Positions 43,944 to 57,480 of a stretch of DNA of 64,000 nucleotides are shown in pieces. Each line of letters opens with the position of its first letter. The first letter of the stretch is position 1. The DNA is taken from assembly GCA_037447605.1 (NCBI GenBank), contig CM074804.1, positions 6,673,909-6,737,908 of the forward strand, written 5' to 3'. The position numbers and the translations under genes were made by a program. This DNA is from Zygnema circumcarinatum SAG 698-1b. Lineage: Eukaryota > Plantae > Zygnematophyceae. Under the pieces are notes generated by a model, which worked only from the letters and a program-made list of their open reading frames with translations, ran no database searches and was not told where the DNA came from.

Positions 43944-46900
43944 TCACCCACGTTTGTAGTAGTACCTGCCATTCCCATCACACCAAAACACTTCAGTGCC
44001 CAATTCACAATTCAGATTTTTCGTGCGCATCGCTCATTCGGGTCAAACCATGCGGTATTCCTCATCTCTCCGCCAGCCATACAGTAGCGAGGACTCCAGC
44101 TTTTGAATCTATGCAGGGGTTGATCAACAAAATCAGATACTAAAACGGACGACCACCTAATTCATCACGTCAAACGAGTCGTCCGACACAACATCTTCCA
44201 TAGATGATGTGGATGTCTCAATGTCTGAGTACTGGTCGGTTGAACCAACAGCTTAGCCTGGTCATTATCAGACTGATCCTTTGACTAAGGGAGCTGAGGT
44301 TGGCCAAGAACGTACACTAAAGTGGGAATGTTGTGGGAGCAGAGGCACTTGCGTATGAGCCGTTCAATCGCATACCACTCCCTTTGACCTTGTCCAGATC
44401 TTGAACCAAAATGCGGGATGTGGACTGATGCTGCGAAAGTGGCACGATTTTCCAAGAGGAAATCAGCATATATGCACATATATATTATATATATGTAGTT
44501 TGACTTACAAATTACTTCGATAAAGGGAAAGCAGTAGCAAACGCAGCCATCTACCTTTCAACTTCAGAGCCGCACGTGCGACCTTGTGCAGAGCAGTCTC
44601 CAGTGCGTCCATCTGCATTTCGCTTCGCGGTACTTTCCGTCGCGGATTGTACGTTTGAGCCACAGCGAGGGCGACATACGTTTTGCAGACGGCCGCCGTC
44701 TCGTCGATAGCGGCACTGAAACCATTGCCGACAGCTTCATCTGAAATAGTCAAAACCACAGATACCCGCACCATTGTGCTTGATAAGGTCAAGTAGACCG
44801 AAACGAAGAGGAGATCATTCAACAAGAAGATGCGTCCCCGGATTTCCAAGAAGCACACCTAAACACATAGACCATCCCCCCCTCCCCTGCCCTCTGCCCT
44901 TTCCCCACTGTCCTTCAGCTACAGTCTCTGCCTCACCTTCTCCGTCTCTCAATCTCTCTCTCCTCCACCCTCGTCGCCCCCCCCTTCCCACTGTAGCTCC
45001 CCTCCCACCCCCTCAAGAACCCTTCTCCGTCCTCCCCCCTCACCCTATCCTCTCCTTTCCTCCCCACCTTCCCCTCCCCACACTCCCCGCTCCCCCCCCC
45101 TGCTCTCCCTCCCCCTGCTCTCCCTCCCCCTGCTCTCCCTCCCCCTGCTCTCCCTCCCCCTGCTCTCCCTCCCCCTGCTCTCCCTCCCCCTGCTCTCCCT
45201 CCCCCTGCTCTCCCTCCCCCTGCTCTCCCTCCCCCTGCTCTCCCTCCTGCGGGAGGGAGTGGGCCTGCACCTGCGAGCGGCACGAGGTGGAGGTCCCCTG
45301 CTTGCAGGTCCTGCGCTCTGCGCGCCGCCAAGTACGCAGTCGGCACGTGCGGGGAGAGGACCGAAAGAGATGAAAAGGTTCCGCCGCTGCCCCACACCCC
45401 GGAGTCGTCCACGCACCTGCAATTGGGAAACAAGGAAGGAAGAGCAGAAATGAAGGCAACGCAAAGATAAGGTGCGAGTTTGACACGTTATTTTTTCGTC
45501 ATACGGGTTACGACTTTCAAGGAGACTTCGTCTCAGGCAGTATCAATGGATATGGAGCAAGGAGAGGGAGAGAAGGTGAAACTGTAAAACGCCGCCACCA
45601 GAGTTCCTTCTTTCAATTGTCGTATGCTGCAACCTTACAATGGTTAAAAATTCTTCCTCCTTCCCTCAACCAGCATTATCCTCCATTCTATAACGGGTTA
45701 AAACTGAAAGGGTCCCTACGTGAAAATAATCGCGATTTCTTCAGTACTCCTTTGCGGCTTTGTTACGTCTCCAATCACATGTTTCACATCGTCTCTCTCG
45801 TCTCCCTCCATAGCTTCTCCGTCTTCCATACCTCCCTCCTCTCCAATTCCCTCACCTTCTGCCATGGAGCCATGGCCGCCTTTCTCCCTTCCCTCCTCTA
45901 GCAAAGCTAAGGAAGTATAGCCCATGGCTGCCCATTTAGCCCGTCGCCTTTCCTCTACCCTTCTCCTCTTCCTTTCCCTCTCTTCCTGACTCTCCACTGC
46001 ACCCCTCTCTCTCCTTTCCTCCATAGCAGTGCCTCCCCTCCTGCTTCCACTTAACATTCTTTCCTCTCCTTTTCCGTGGCTGCTTGCCCAGGTCTCTGCG
46101 GCCTTCTTATCTTCTTCCGAAGCTTCATCCATGGCTTCCTCTCCTCCATTCTCCCAGCCCTTGTAGTCCCTCTCTTCAAAGCTATAAATGGCATCCGCTG
46201 ACAGGCAGCTTTCCGCCCCCATGTCTCCCCCTCTCTCCGGCGCTAAACCTCCATTGCCCTCTCTCTGCTCCAAAGCCTTTGCAACAAGCATCTCCACCTC
46301 TTCCGCGGGCATGGCCGCCTCTCCGGTTTCTCTTTTATCCCCACCAACTTCCTTGCCACGTGTCTCTCTCTCCTCCGTTCCAACCCCTGCTGTCAGCTTG
46401 TGGAGGCCGAACAAAATCATTGTCTGAAGGTCCAACGGTCCCGATGGGACAGTTTGCTCCAAATCTACTTTCCCAATTACATCGCGAGTGAGCTTCAGCT
46501 TCTTGTGGGCGCGTCGCAGGATGATCTGCATAAAACGAAAAAAGAAAGAATTCTATGACAATGAACTAGAAGATAGACAAACAAAAGAGACTTGAACAAG
46601 CAAGGGAGACGTTCTGGGCAGAGCCTGCAGGAATGTTGTGTCCCTACATGTTCTATGGTGTGTTCACACACGAGTCGGACGGCTAAAACTGAACGCAGCT
46701 GTCCCATGCGATGGGTCCGTTGAAGAGCCTGAAGGTCTGCCTGAGGGTTCCAATCTTGCTCGTAGAACACCACCTGCAAACCAAAACTGCGAACTCTCAG
46801 CATTTGATTCTTCGCTTTCACTTACGCTTTTTTTTCTTTTGTTTGTTTTTTGTTTCGGGCAAGCAGGCCGGGCCCCTCCTTGTAGGCCGTACAGTGTCTG

Positions 46901-49900
46901 CGGCGGTGAGGTTGAGGCCCACTCCTCCCGCGCGAGTGGTCAGAAGGAAAGCAAAGGGAGAGGCAGAGCTGCCCTTCATCTCCCCTCCTCCATTCTTTGC
47001 TGAAGAGTCTATTTCAGCAGCTCCCCCTTCAAAACTGCGAACCGCCGCAAACCGTTCTTCAGCGCGCACAGATCCGTCAAGTCGTTCATAGGAATACTTT
47101 CGCATTTCGAGAAAGTCCTGCAAAAACAACGTATACAATTTTGAAACTTCTCGTTATTCATCGTTCTTGGTTGACAAGGAGTTTCAGATTCAACCAAAAA
47201 GGAAAATACCTGCACATCCGTGTTTGCAGATGGTTGTTCAGGATGTGTCTGTGTGTGTGAGTGTGTTCGAGATTTTTCTTTTTGACAAAATGTCAATTTG
47301 TTCACACGCCTTTGGAAAAAGGGCGGGGGAAAGCGGGAGGACCTGAAGAATGTCGAGAGTTCGTGTAAATTGCGCGAAAATCAACACTCGATGGCCATTG
47401 GCAGACAGTTTCTGTAGGATAGCATCAAGCACCACCAATTTCGAGCTTGCCTGGTTCAGAAAACCCCCCAAAGCCCCTCAGCAAACAAGGATAGAAAGAC
47501 TCCTCGAACCCTTCATTCAACCTCCCTCCTCCTACCTCCTCTACCCATTCCACTTCTCTCTTCCCCACCTGCACGAGGTGTTCGCCTTCCTGAAATGGTT
47601 CGGGTTCCACTCCTTGAAACAGATATGGGTGGCTGCAAGCCTTCCGCAACTGCATAACCTGAATTTCCTCCGAAAGTGAAACTGCAGTTAGTTTTAAAGC
47701 CAGCTCAAGGAATAGAGTGAATCGGACAGTGGGTTGAATGGCAAAAATTCAAGGACTGCCAGGTTAACAACGTTCGCCTGCAGCAGAAGAAGGCTACGGT
47801 GAAAAAGAAGGAGACATAGCTCAAATTCTAACTTTTAGAGATTGCTCCGTCAACCTCTCTATTGGGCTGCCTCCTCACCGTGTTCTGCAGGGACGCTGAC
47901 CTGGCACCGCCCCATTGGTTGGCCAGCACACGTGGCAGCTCCTTCTTCAGCAGCGCGAGGTAGACCTCTCGCTGAAGGGGCGCAAGTGGCAACAGTCTGA
48001 AGTGAACTCCCGCGAAAATAGAGAAAACAGAATAAGAGACATCGGATTCAAAAGAACTGCACCAGTACGCAGTCGCTGCTTGGGCCAATGAGAGTGGACT
48101 TACATGGTCACTTCTCTGAGAGAAGGCAGTTTGAGCACATGTAACTCCTCAAGTTCCGCTTTTGTTCGCCGCAGCATGAAGGGGCTGAGCACTGACCTCA
48201 GCAGTTTTAAGGCTTCTTCTTTTTTAGTCCCGGCATTTTCGTTTACACCTGGCAACGTGTAGTTTTGAAGAGTCAACGGACAACATTTCACTACCACTGG
48301 TCTGAGATATCGAATTTCAAGACTTCCTCTCTAACCCTTTCACCATGCCAGCATTGCGATTTTCATTGATGTCCTTTCCCCCATGAAGTCTGTTCTACGA
48401 AAAAGAAACCCTGTTACGAAGCAGGTGCTCACTCTCACCGTCAGCAACTGCAGGTGTGAACACCTCCAGAAATTCGTCGAGGCTGCGAAAAATCTTGGGC
48501 ATGCAGAAGTGCAGGAGCGCCCAAAGCTCTGTGAGGTTGTTCTGGACAGGTGTACCTGTCATAAGGAGGCGCCGTGGAATTTTATACTCCTCCATCAATG
48601 TCTTAAACAATACCTTTACGAACCCCCTCCCTCCCTCCCTCCCAGCAGCACTGCCCTTCATCACTCTCTCATCCTCCCGCACATCGAGGCCCATTATCCC
48701 CCTCTTGCAGCTAAAGGTGGCCGTACAGTTGGCAAGCAGAGAGCTTGTTAAGACCCACATTGTGTGGCAAGCAAGATCCGAGCTCTTACCGAATTGGGAT
48801 TTTTCAAGCGCTGCGCTTCATCTATGATCGCGTATCGCCAGCGGAAGCGAGAAAGGAAGGAGACATCAGCCATGGCCAGCTCATAAGTGGTGAGGAGGAC
48901 TGAAAAGGGCAGGACCGGATCCTTCTGCGTCACCCACATAGAAGGAATGAAAATCAGCATGCTGTGAAATGGTTCATTAAACAAGCATCACAATTTGCAT
49001 TATTCATCTGCAAGGGAGGGGGAGGCATCCCACCCTCTGTTCCGGGGTTTGGCGGTTCACATGTTCGCAGATCCCTTTCCGCAACTCCTCCCTTTCCTTC
49101 GCATTCCCCATGTATCTCAAAACCGTCAGCGAAGGCGCAAATCGGGAAAATTCAGAAACCCAGTTCTCTGAAACGCTGAGGGGACAGAGGATCACTGGCC
49201 AACCCTCCCAGCCAAAAAAATCGACTTGATGAATCATTTTGGGTTCGTATGAACAAGTCAAAAAGAGGTCCAAGCACATCCAGAATTGAACAAAAGCATT
49301 CGAGTTATGTACTCACAAAAAGGACCTCGACATTTCCAAGCTTTGTGAAGGTACGCAATGAAAGTGATAGCTTGAAGCGTCTTTCCAAGACCCATCTGGC
49401 ATTCCATCTCGAAAACATCCCTTCATTTAAATGACATCGACTTTATCAAGTAAATCGAAAAGGTACAAGAAAATTATAAGACGTGGCCGTTTATTATCAT
49501 AGCTTGCACTTTTTAAGCAGTCCTACCCGGCTTTACTGAGCGCCAAAAAAAGAAAGAAAAAAAATCACCTTCGCTAAAGCAAATTTCAGCTACGCAGTGA
49601 ACACTTGTGCAACAACCGCATGACAACGACTTCGAAAGTTGCAGTTCAGCGCTGAAGGGGAGAAAATGTGTCAAGCGTCAGGACATCACACCAAAGAGCA
49701 TCTATTACTCAACGAAACTCAAAATCGCCGGTCACATTAAGGTTTGAAAAAAAAGGTCTAATGCGCGCAAGCTGACCGCCCACCTCGTCACCTGAAGCAA
49801 AAACGGGCAAAGCAAGTAATTAGTAGCTGTCAAGTTGCAGCCAGGGTCTGTGACAAAGATTGTTTATAAAGTAAAAGCAAGAGTTTGAGAGCCGAGTGTT

Positions 49901-50559
49901 ACAAATTCCGATATTCGGATTAAGCAAAAAAAAAAAAAAAACAGAACACACCGGCATTCATGTGACCAGAGAAAAAAAAAAATGATGATTTGAAATTTAA
50001 AATTTTCCACCTAGTCACGTGCTGCTAAACCAAGAACTTATGGAAAACGTCAGCAAACATTTGAATGCTGGTTCTATTTGTCGCTGACTGAAAGGTTAAC
50101 CGAAAAACTTCAACAAAAGCAAGCGACCACCCTTCTATTGCCCAGAACCCGGCCCATTCACACGACCAGTAAGGATTTCTAAGAACTGAAAAAATCTAAA
50201 ACCGTTCCCAATGCAAATCCCCACCACCAACAAGCCCGCATCGTTCTGCCTGTCCCGCCAGCAATAGCGAAAATAGCGCGGGACGCAGTGGCCCTGCGCA
50301 ATGCCTTCCAGTCCTCCTCCTTCCAAAACAGAAGAGTTAGGGTTCCCGAAGTGCGGGCGAGCTGACCGAGAATGACGCTGACGCCGCGCAGGTAGCGGTC
50401 CACCAGCCACTCCGCGCCGCGCCGCTGGTGCTCCAGCAGCGCCGCGCGCACACCCAGCCGCTCCGGCAGGCCCACCCGCCCCCCTCCCCCCCCCTCCTCC
50501 TCCTCCTCCACGCGGCACGCCTCCGCTGCGCGCCGCAGGGCCTCGCCAGCGCCCGCCAT
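43944..50559 (-). CDS. CHR10: SNF2 chromatin remodeller with C-terminal macro domain (CHD1L/ALC1, plant CHR10)
   Basis: ILG|DE|[75 protein letters not shown]. Macro domain [41 protein letters not shown]; last exon 43965-43944 (VYYYKRG*). Confidence 0.93.
45096..45245. repeat. 10 x 15-bp minisatellite CCCCCTGCTCTCCCT in a CHR10 intron
   Basis: Ten tandem units immediately inside the donor end of the intron that follows the ..VPLA exon. Confidence 0.95.
49784..49791 (-). CDS. CHR10: 8-nt microexon of CHR10 completing G-D-E of SNF2 motif I
   Basis: Minus strand gcttcag|GTGACGAG|gtgggc joins exon 1 (ends ATTCTCG, phase 1) to the exon starting ATGGGTCTTGGAAAGACG (phase 0). Confidence 0.9.
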
Positions 50560-50766
50560 GGCCGGCCCGCCGGCACCGCAGCTCCACTCTCCCTCTTCCC
50601 TCCCGCATCGCGCCATAGGCGGATGGGCCCAGGCCCGTTCCATGCCGCAGTTCCGTTGCACAGCTTCACGCGAACGGGCGGCGACGCCGCTAGCGTGGCC
50701 GGAGAAGAACGACGGAACGCTGAACTACGAGCATGTGACTCGCTCTCTGGGCGCTGCGCACGAGGT

Positions 50767-53390
50767 CAAAGTCAACGAGGGCCGCCTCGGCTGACGCGAT
50801 GCTGACGGCCTCCGCCAACCGGCCGGCCACCGCGCGACTACTTTTCGGTTTTCGCAAAAAAACTACTTTTTCGTCGCTCGCTGAACAACGATTTTTAAAA
50901 TTCCCCAGTCCCCGCATTTGTCGGTTTGTGTACACCGTACAGTCATGTAATTCAAAACAGCAGACCTCAGCAGAGAAGTCTAGGCCCGTTTGTAGCCATT
51001 GACTTCAGTCAACAGGATCGTTTGGATGGTGCCATTGGTGGACGGGGACCGCGCTGGACCGGCACTTGTCGTTTTCCTCGGGCAGGCGCCGCGTGGCGCC
51101 TGGGTGTGGCCCGTGGCGGGTATCGACACGCCGTGTTCACACTGACGTCGTTGTGGGCGCTGACGGCGGCGGCGGTTGACCCGTGACGTCACAAGAGTTT
51201 TTACTGCACTGGTGTACGGATAGAGTACCGTACCGTACGGCATCACGCCCTTCCCGCGCGCGGCAATTCTGCCCGCGACGAGATGCCGCACTCGCGCCAC
51301 ACGCGTCAAGGACAGATTCGCACACGGATCCGCTGGCGTCACCTCCTGACGATGACGTCCGAGAAAGCTTCTTGGAAGCCCGCGCGGATTCTCCTCCCCT
51401 GACCGATTGACTACAAAGGGGGAACCGATTTGAGGTAGTTGCGCCACGTGGCGGGCCCCGACAAGGCGCCGCAGGGCCAGCTGGTGTCCCTCCGAGGGAG
51501 GGAAGGAGGGTCCTGCGCAGCGGAGCCTCCACGTGGCGGCCCGCGCGGCGCTCGGCCCTGCGGCGGTGAGGACCGGGCAGAGGGCGCGGGGGAGGAGCTG
51601 CGCGATTGCCACGTGGCGGCGTCCCCCGTCGAAGGAGGCGCCTTGGCATCGGCTCTGTAGCCGGCCTCCCGCTCGCCGTCTCAGCCCCCCCCCCCCCTTC
51701 CCCCCCTGCGGGCGGCATCTCCAGGGCAGGGCGTGATGTGGAGCGTGGCGGCGTGATGTGATGTGAGTGATGGCGGCGGGCTCCATGTCGTCGCTGCCGG
51801 CGGGGGGGCGGGGGGGGGGCGGGCGCGGCATGGCGGGCATATTGGACATGCACATCGTGGCGGCGGAGGGCGTGCGCAACCGCTGTCCGTACGGCCCGCA
51901 GGACGTGTACGCGCGCGTGCTCTGCGGGGCGGCGGGCGGCGCTCTGCACACGCGAACCGTGAAGCACGCGGGGGCCTGCCCCGTCTTCAACCAGCGCTTG
52001 CAGGTGGGGGGGGAGGTCCGAGGAAGAGGAGGAGGAGGGACGGAATTCAAGGGGGGGGGGGGGGGGGGGGGGGGGGGGNNNNNNNNNNCAAAGTCAACGA
52101 GGGCCGCCTCGGCTGACGCGATGCTGACGGCCTCCGCCAACCGGCCGGCCACCGCGCGACTACTTTTCGGTTTTCGCAAAAAAACTACTTTTTCGTCGCT
52201 CGCTGAACAACGATTTTTAAAATTCCCCAGTCCCCGCATTTGTCGGTTTGTGTACACCGTACAGTCATGTAATTCAAAACAGCAGACCTCAGCAGAGAAG
52301 TCTAGGCCCGTTTGTAGCCATTGACTTCAGTCAACAGGATCGTTTGGATGGTGCCATTGGTGGACGGGGACCGCGCTGGACCGGCACTTGTCGTTTTCCT
52401 CGGGCAGGCGCCGCGTGGCGCCTGGGTGTGGCCCGTGGCGGGTATCGACACGCCGTGTTCACACTGACGTCGTTGTGGGCGCTGACGGCGGCGGCGGTTG
52501 ACCCGTGACGTCACAAGAGTTTTTACTGCACTGGTGTACGGATAGAGTACCGTACCGTACGGCATCACGCCCTTCCCGCGCGCGGCAATTCTGCCCGCGA
52601 CGAGATGCCGCACTCGCGCCACACGCGTCAAGGACAGATTCGCACACGGATCCGCTGGCGTCACCTCCTGACGATGACGTCCGAGAAAGCTTCTTGGAAG
52701 CCCGCGCGGATTCTCCTCCCCTGACCGATTGACTACAAAGGGGGAACCGATTTGAGGTAGTTGCGCCACGTGGCGGGCCCCGACAAGGCGCCGCAGGGCC
52801 AGCTGGTGTCCCTCCGAGGGAGGGAAGGAGGGTCCTGCGCAGCGGAGCCTCCACGTGGCGGCCCGCGCGGCGCTCGGCCCTGCGGCGGTGAGGACCGGGC
52901 AGAGGGCGCGGGGGAGGAGCTGCGCGATTGCCACGTGGCGGCGTCCCCCGTCGAAGGAGGCGCCTTGGCATCGGCTCTGTAGCCGGCCTCCCGCTCGCCG
53001 TCTCAGCCCCCCCCCCCCCTTCCCCCCCTGCGGGCGGCATCTCCAGGGCAGGGCGTGATGTGGAGCGTGGCGGCGTGATGTGATGTGAGTGATGGCGGCG
53101 GGCTCCATGTCGTCGCTGCCGGCGGGGGGGCGGGGGGGGGGCGGGCGCGGCATGGCGGGCATATTGGACATGCACATCGTGGCGGCGGAGGGCGTGCGCA
53201 ACCGCTGTCCGTACGGCCCGCAGGACGTGTACGCGCGCGTGCTCTGCGGGGCGGCGGGCGGCGCTCTGCACACGCGAACCGTGAAGCACGCGGGGGCCTG
53301 CCCCGTCTTCAACCAGCGCTTGCAGGTGGGGGGGGAGGTCCGAGGAAGAGGAGGAGGAGGGACGGAATTCAAGGGGGGGGGGGGGGGGGA
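50767..53390. other. Exact 1322-bp-offset duplication spanning a 10-N gap (52079-52088); probable assembly artefact
   Basis: 50767-52078 recurs from 52089 with identical ORF translations. Copy 1 ends in a poly-G run that abuts the Ns. Confidence 0.85.
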
Positions 53391-56140
53391 AGGGGCCAGG
53401 GGGGCGGAAGGATAAGGAAAGGGAGTAGGGAAGGGGGGCAAGGAAGAGATGGGGTGAGTGGGGGATAGGGGAGGGCTCAGATTTAGGGTTGGCGATGTTT
53501 GTCAGGGTAAACTGAGGTCGTAGAGGAGAGACGGAGGCGTGAGGGACATTTCATGTGTAGGCATGAAAAATGCAGCTGAGATGTCGCTTGTCTGTTCCGT
53601 TTTCCTGAGGGGTTTAGGTGGGAATTCCCGAAGGTGAAACAGCCGTGAAGTGTGAGCTGTGGATGGCGAGTCATAACCGCGGAACTGCAGATGATCAATT
53701 GCTTGCGTGCACTCAGATTTCAATCGACGGGTGAGAAAACGAGGAAAAGAAAATGATCAAACCCTTCCTTTGGTTCCTCTGTTGAAGGAGTTCCGCTGCT
53801 TCAGTATTGCTCACAAGAGAGAGGAATCCTGCAATGGTTCACGATACTACGGAACAATGTGGTCTTGTGACTCTCATATTCTGCTCGTCCGTTGCATCCT
53901 CTCTTGCACCACGACCTCAACCCTGCGCCACTCTGTGCAGACTCCTTCTGGGGAAGACCAAAAGTGGTCCGATGGAGTTCCCTCTTGTGGACGAGGACGG
54001 CGGCCGTCTGAACTGCAGCGGCTGCATTCGCATAAGCCTGAGCTACCACCCTCGCCTTCAGGGCTCCGGGGGGAGCATTGGCTCGCAGCAGCCCTCCCGA
54101 GGGAGCAGCCTCTCTCTCACCTCCTCCCTCTCAAAGGCTCTTGCAGGAGCCCTCTCCACCTCCCGGAGTGCCCCCTCCAGCAGGACCTCCAAAAGGTGCT
54201 CGCCTGAGCCTTCCTTTGAGTCTCCCAGGGGGACCTCCAGCGACCATCTGATCGACTCGGAAGTGCAGTCCCCGTGCATGTCAAAGCGGAATCGATCTCT
54301 CTCGTTAGATTTGGAGGCTCTGTTGAGAAGCAGGCAGAGAGAGGATGAGGGATTAGCAGGTACAACGCCGCCAATTGGCAGCCATGAACGGTCGTTTCTG
54401 AAGCTGGGGTCTTTGTGTCTTCCCGACATTGACGTGGACTTTAGTCACGGTGACTTGCATCAAAGCAGGGGAGCCTCTCCCTCCCCCGCCTCCTCCTCTC
54501 CATCGCGCTCTCCCTCCCCTAATGGGGATATGCGCACGGCATTTTCCGTTCCTCCGGAGGGAAGTTTGTCAGGGTGCCTTAGTCGTTGGGAGAGGGCGGG
54601 GGCAGAGGCACCGCTTTTGCTCTCCGGTGACTGGGGAGAGGAGGAAATGAAGGCTGACGATGAGGATGACACAGGGGGGAAAGGGCAGCCCCCTCTCGCT
54701 AAGGTCGATTGCCATTATGTATCGCTGAGGGAAGGGTTGGGGCCGGGAGAGGAATTACTAGGTGCTCTTTGTGGATCAACAGAACAGGCAAACGAGGGCA
54801 GTGTGGAAGGAAACGGAGAGTTTCAGTTCCGACAATCGGAAAGGGGGGAACGGGGAGGGGGGGTGGAAGCTGATGCAGAAGCGGGAACGGAGGGTTTGGA
54901 CAGTAGCAGCCGTACTCGGGGAAGCATTTTCTTCATGGAGGAGGAATATGATCGGCCTCAGCTTCCAGATATCGAACAGGCGCAGTTAGGGTTGCTGGCA
55001 GAAGTAAATGCAATGCAGGATTGCTCTCACTGGACAAGCGACACATTGGTGGATCCGGGACCGACAGGAATTCGCTCGAATTTTCCGACTTCTTGGATTC
55101 ATTCCAATAATGTGGCTCCATCTGCAGAGCTATTTGTAGAACCGTTGCCATTTGAAGTCGAAACGGGCACGCTGGAGGCTGCAGGAACGGAGATTTTGGA
55201 ACTGGCAGAACTGGGCCAAGAGATAGCGTCCTCGGATATACTTGCAGAGTTTTTGCATGAGGTGGATACTCCCACTCCCGTTCAGAGACTTCCGAAACCT
55301 TTGCATGGTCATCCTCCTCATCGAAACTGTGGACTCTGCACGGGACAGTGCAGCCAACCCTGCCCCAGTGCTACCCATTCAGAAGAATTGACTCCGCGGC
55401 AACATCAGCTTTTATGGCAGAGAAGAATGCTTCTAAAAGAGCAGCAGCAGCAGGCACAGGTTTTAGACATCCAGCGAAAGCTCCTGCACCACCAGCAGCA
55501 GCTTCAACAGCTGCATGCCACCTTTATGCAGCAGGGTACAGGGTCTACTGCTTCCGCTCTCCCTCCTCCCATTTCTGCCCATCTTGCTAACCCTAAAAAC
55601 CACTGGCATGCTTCTCCAGCAGCAGCTCCTCTCTCGACAGAGCAGCAGCAGCAGCAGTTGCCGCATGCCCTCTCCCTCCAGGAGCAGTTCAGTCGAAGTC
55701 AAGTGCTGCAGCAGAGTAGTCGGCAGCGGCAAACGGAAGCAGGGGGGCAACGGGAGGACGAGATTGAGAGGAGGATGGGTATGTGGACCACGTCTCAGCA
55801 GCAGCAGTCAGACATGGCAGGTCCAGGGAGGCAGATTGACAGGGAGGGAATGAGGGATGGGTGGGAAGAAGATTGTGGGGAGAGGAGGCCAAGTGAGGAA
55901 GGGAGATTTAAAAGCGTTGGGCAGTTCAATAGATTTCTTTCCGATCTTACGTTCAGTCACGCTGTGGACGGTGAGATTCACGAAAGAGTGGCGGATGTAA
56001 GAGTAGACGATCCTGCTTTGTACTCAGCTCTCCAGAGAGCTACAAGCTCTATTTCACCGAGTCTGATGATGCTGGCGGACGAGGATTGGGACGAAACGTT
56101 GCTGCTTCCCTTGTCAAGGTCCAAAACTGCAAAGTTTTGA
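53092..56140 (+). CDS. Plant C2-domain (CaLB) protein with a long low-complexity Ser/Gln-rich C-terminus
   Basis: Exons 53092-53325, 53618-53730 and 53941-56140: GILDMHIVAAEGVRNRCPYGPQDVYARV..CPVFNQRLQ|VGIPEGETAVKCELWMASH..DDQLLACTQISIDG|LLLG. Exon 1 is also present in the duplicate at 51770-52003. Confidence 0.8.
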
Positions 56141-57480
56141 AATAATCTCTGGAAGCTGTAGTCATTGGGTGACCTGTATGCCATAGCCTGATGTAAGCAA
56201 ACGACCGTAATCGCCATTTTCGCTCTCCTTTTCATGACTTGGATCTCCCACAGACTGCGGAGTTGTGACTCGCATGTTGATGGTCAGCATATGTCAAGAC
56301 TTTGGCACTTGCTACCATGTACATGCACGGTATGCACGAACCCTCCCATCTCTGGCGCCTTAAGAGGCACTGAGATGCATGCATTAGAAGGCCAAAGGAG
56401 CTGGAATCAAAGCACTCAGTACGGAAAAGGGCTGCACAAAGGATGGAGCGCGGAGGAGGGAAGGGCTCTTCACCTTTGGTTATCCCCAAACACCTTCAAC
56501 TAGCGACTGGACAATCGCGCCCATCTTCTTTGCACTTTTTTCCACTTAGGTGTCCCTCCTACCTCCCCCGCCTCCCCCGACTCCCACTCCATTAGCTCCC
56601 TCTTCTTTCCTCCCCTATGTGTGACAGGCACACGGCATGCCCTTCTCGTCTGTGCACGTATGGATGGAGCAATGCACTCTTTTACATTGGCGGTTGTTCT
56701 GAGAAAACTGATTCACCGTTCCGATACATAGCCATGCGAGTTACGTCTTGGCACCCGGAACACATCCAGTAATGACCTATCTGCTCACGCTCATAGGCTA
56801 CGAAATACCGTCCAATAACTACCAGCCGTTTATTGGGATCCCCCCGACCCATGGAGGTGCTACTCATGAGCAGAGTGTGTAGGCTTCATTCAGCGATCCT
56901 TTCGGCAATGGAAAGCTTTTGTAAAATGCAAGAGCTACATCCATCACATCCTGGCCCCAACAATGAATTTGGAAGCATTCCTTCCTGACGTTTTCAGTGC
57001 GCATTGCGAAAATCCAAAGCTCCCTTTACCTCCTTCCCATTGGTGAAGTTGGTGTTTTGCAGGAACAAATGGGTGGTGTAACCATAACGGACAACACAAA
57101 TAGGTGCGACAAACTTGATGTACGAGTGGATGCCTCCTGTTTGCATGCTAAAGTATTCAAAGGGTGCAGCTGCGTAGAACAGGTTACATCCATACACTGT
57201 ATTTTTTAAGACCGGAAAAGCATTGAAAATGTGGCAGTTTTCAGGGGGTTTCGAGTTTTTTAGAGAAGTGTCGCCACAGCAAAAGCTTCCACATCAGGAT
57301 AGCTTCAAAAAACTTTTGAATTTCTTCAACTGAGCTATGCCTACTGTAACTTCACATCAAAGAGTTCAACTGCTCCTATTAAATGAACACGAATGGTCCT
57401 ACGCTAATGAAGATCCTGATCTCAAATCCCTGTGGTAACAATATAAGCTGGTGACCTACAGAAAGGAATAGGCAAGAAGA

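Noticed and set aside
44933-45486. ORFs with (EGEQG)n, (GGGRA)n or (SRGRE)n peptide repeats
   Set aside because: The 15-bp minisatellite lies inside an intron bounded by a donor after ..VPLA and an acceptor before DEAVGNG, which give a continuous macro domain without it.
50980-53441. Long GC-rich ORFs (425, 379 and 276 aa) and a tandem gene duplication
   Set aside because: They are stop-poor GC-rich promoter or antisense frames with no domain signal, and are duplicated only because of the probable assembly artefact.
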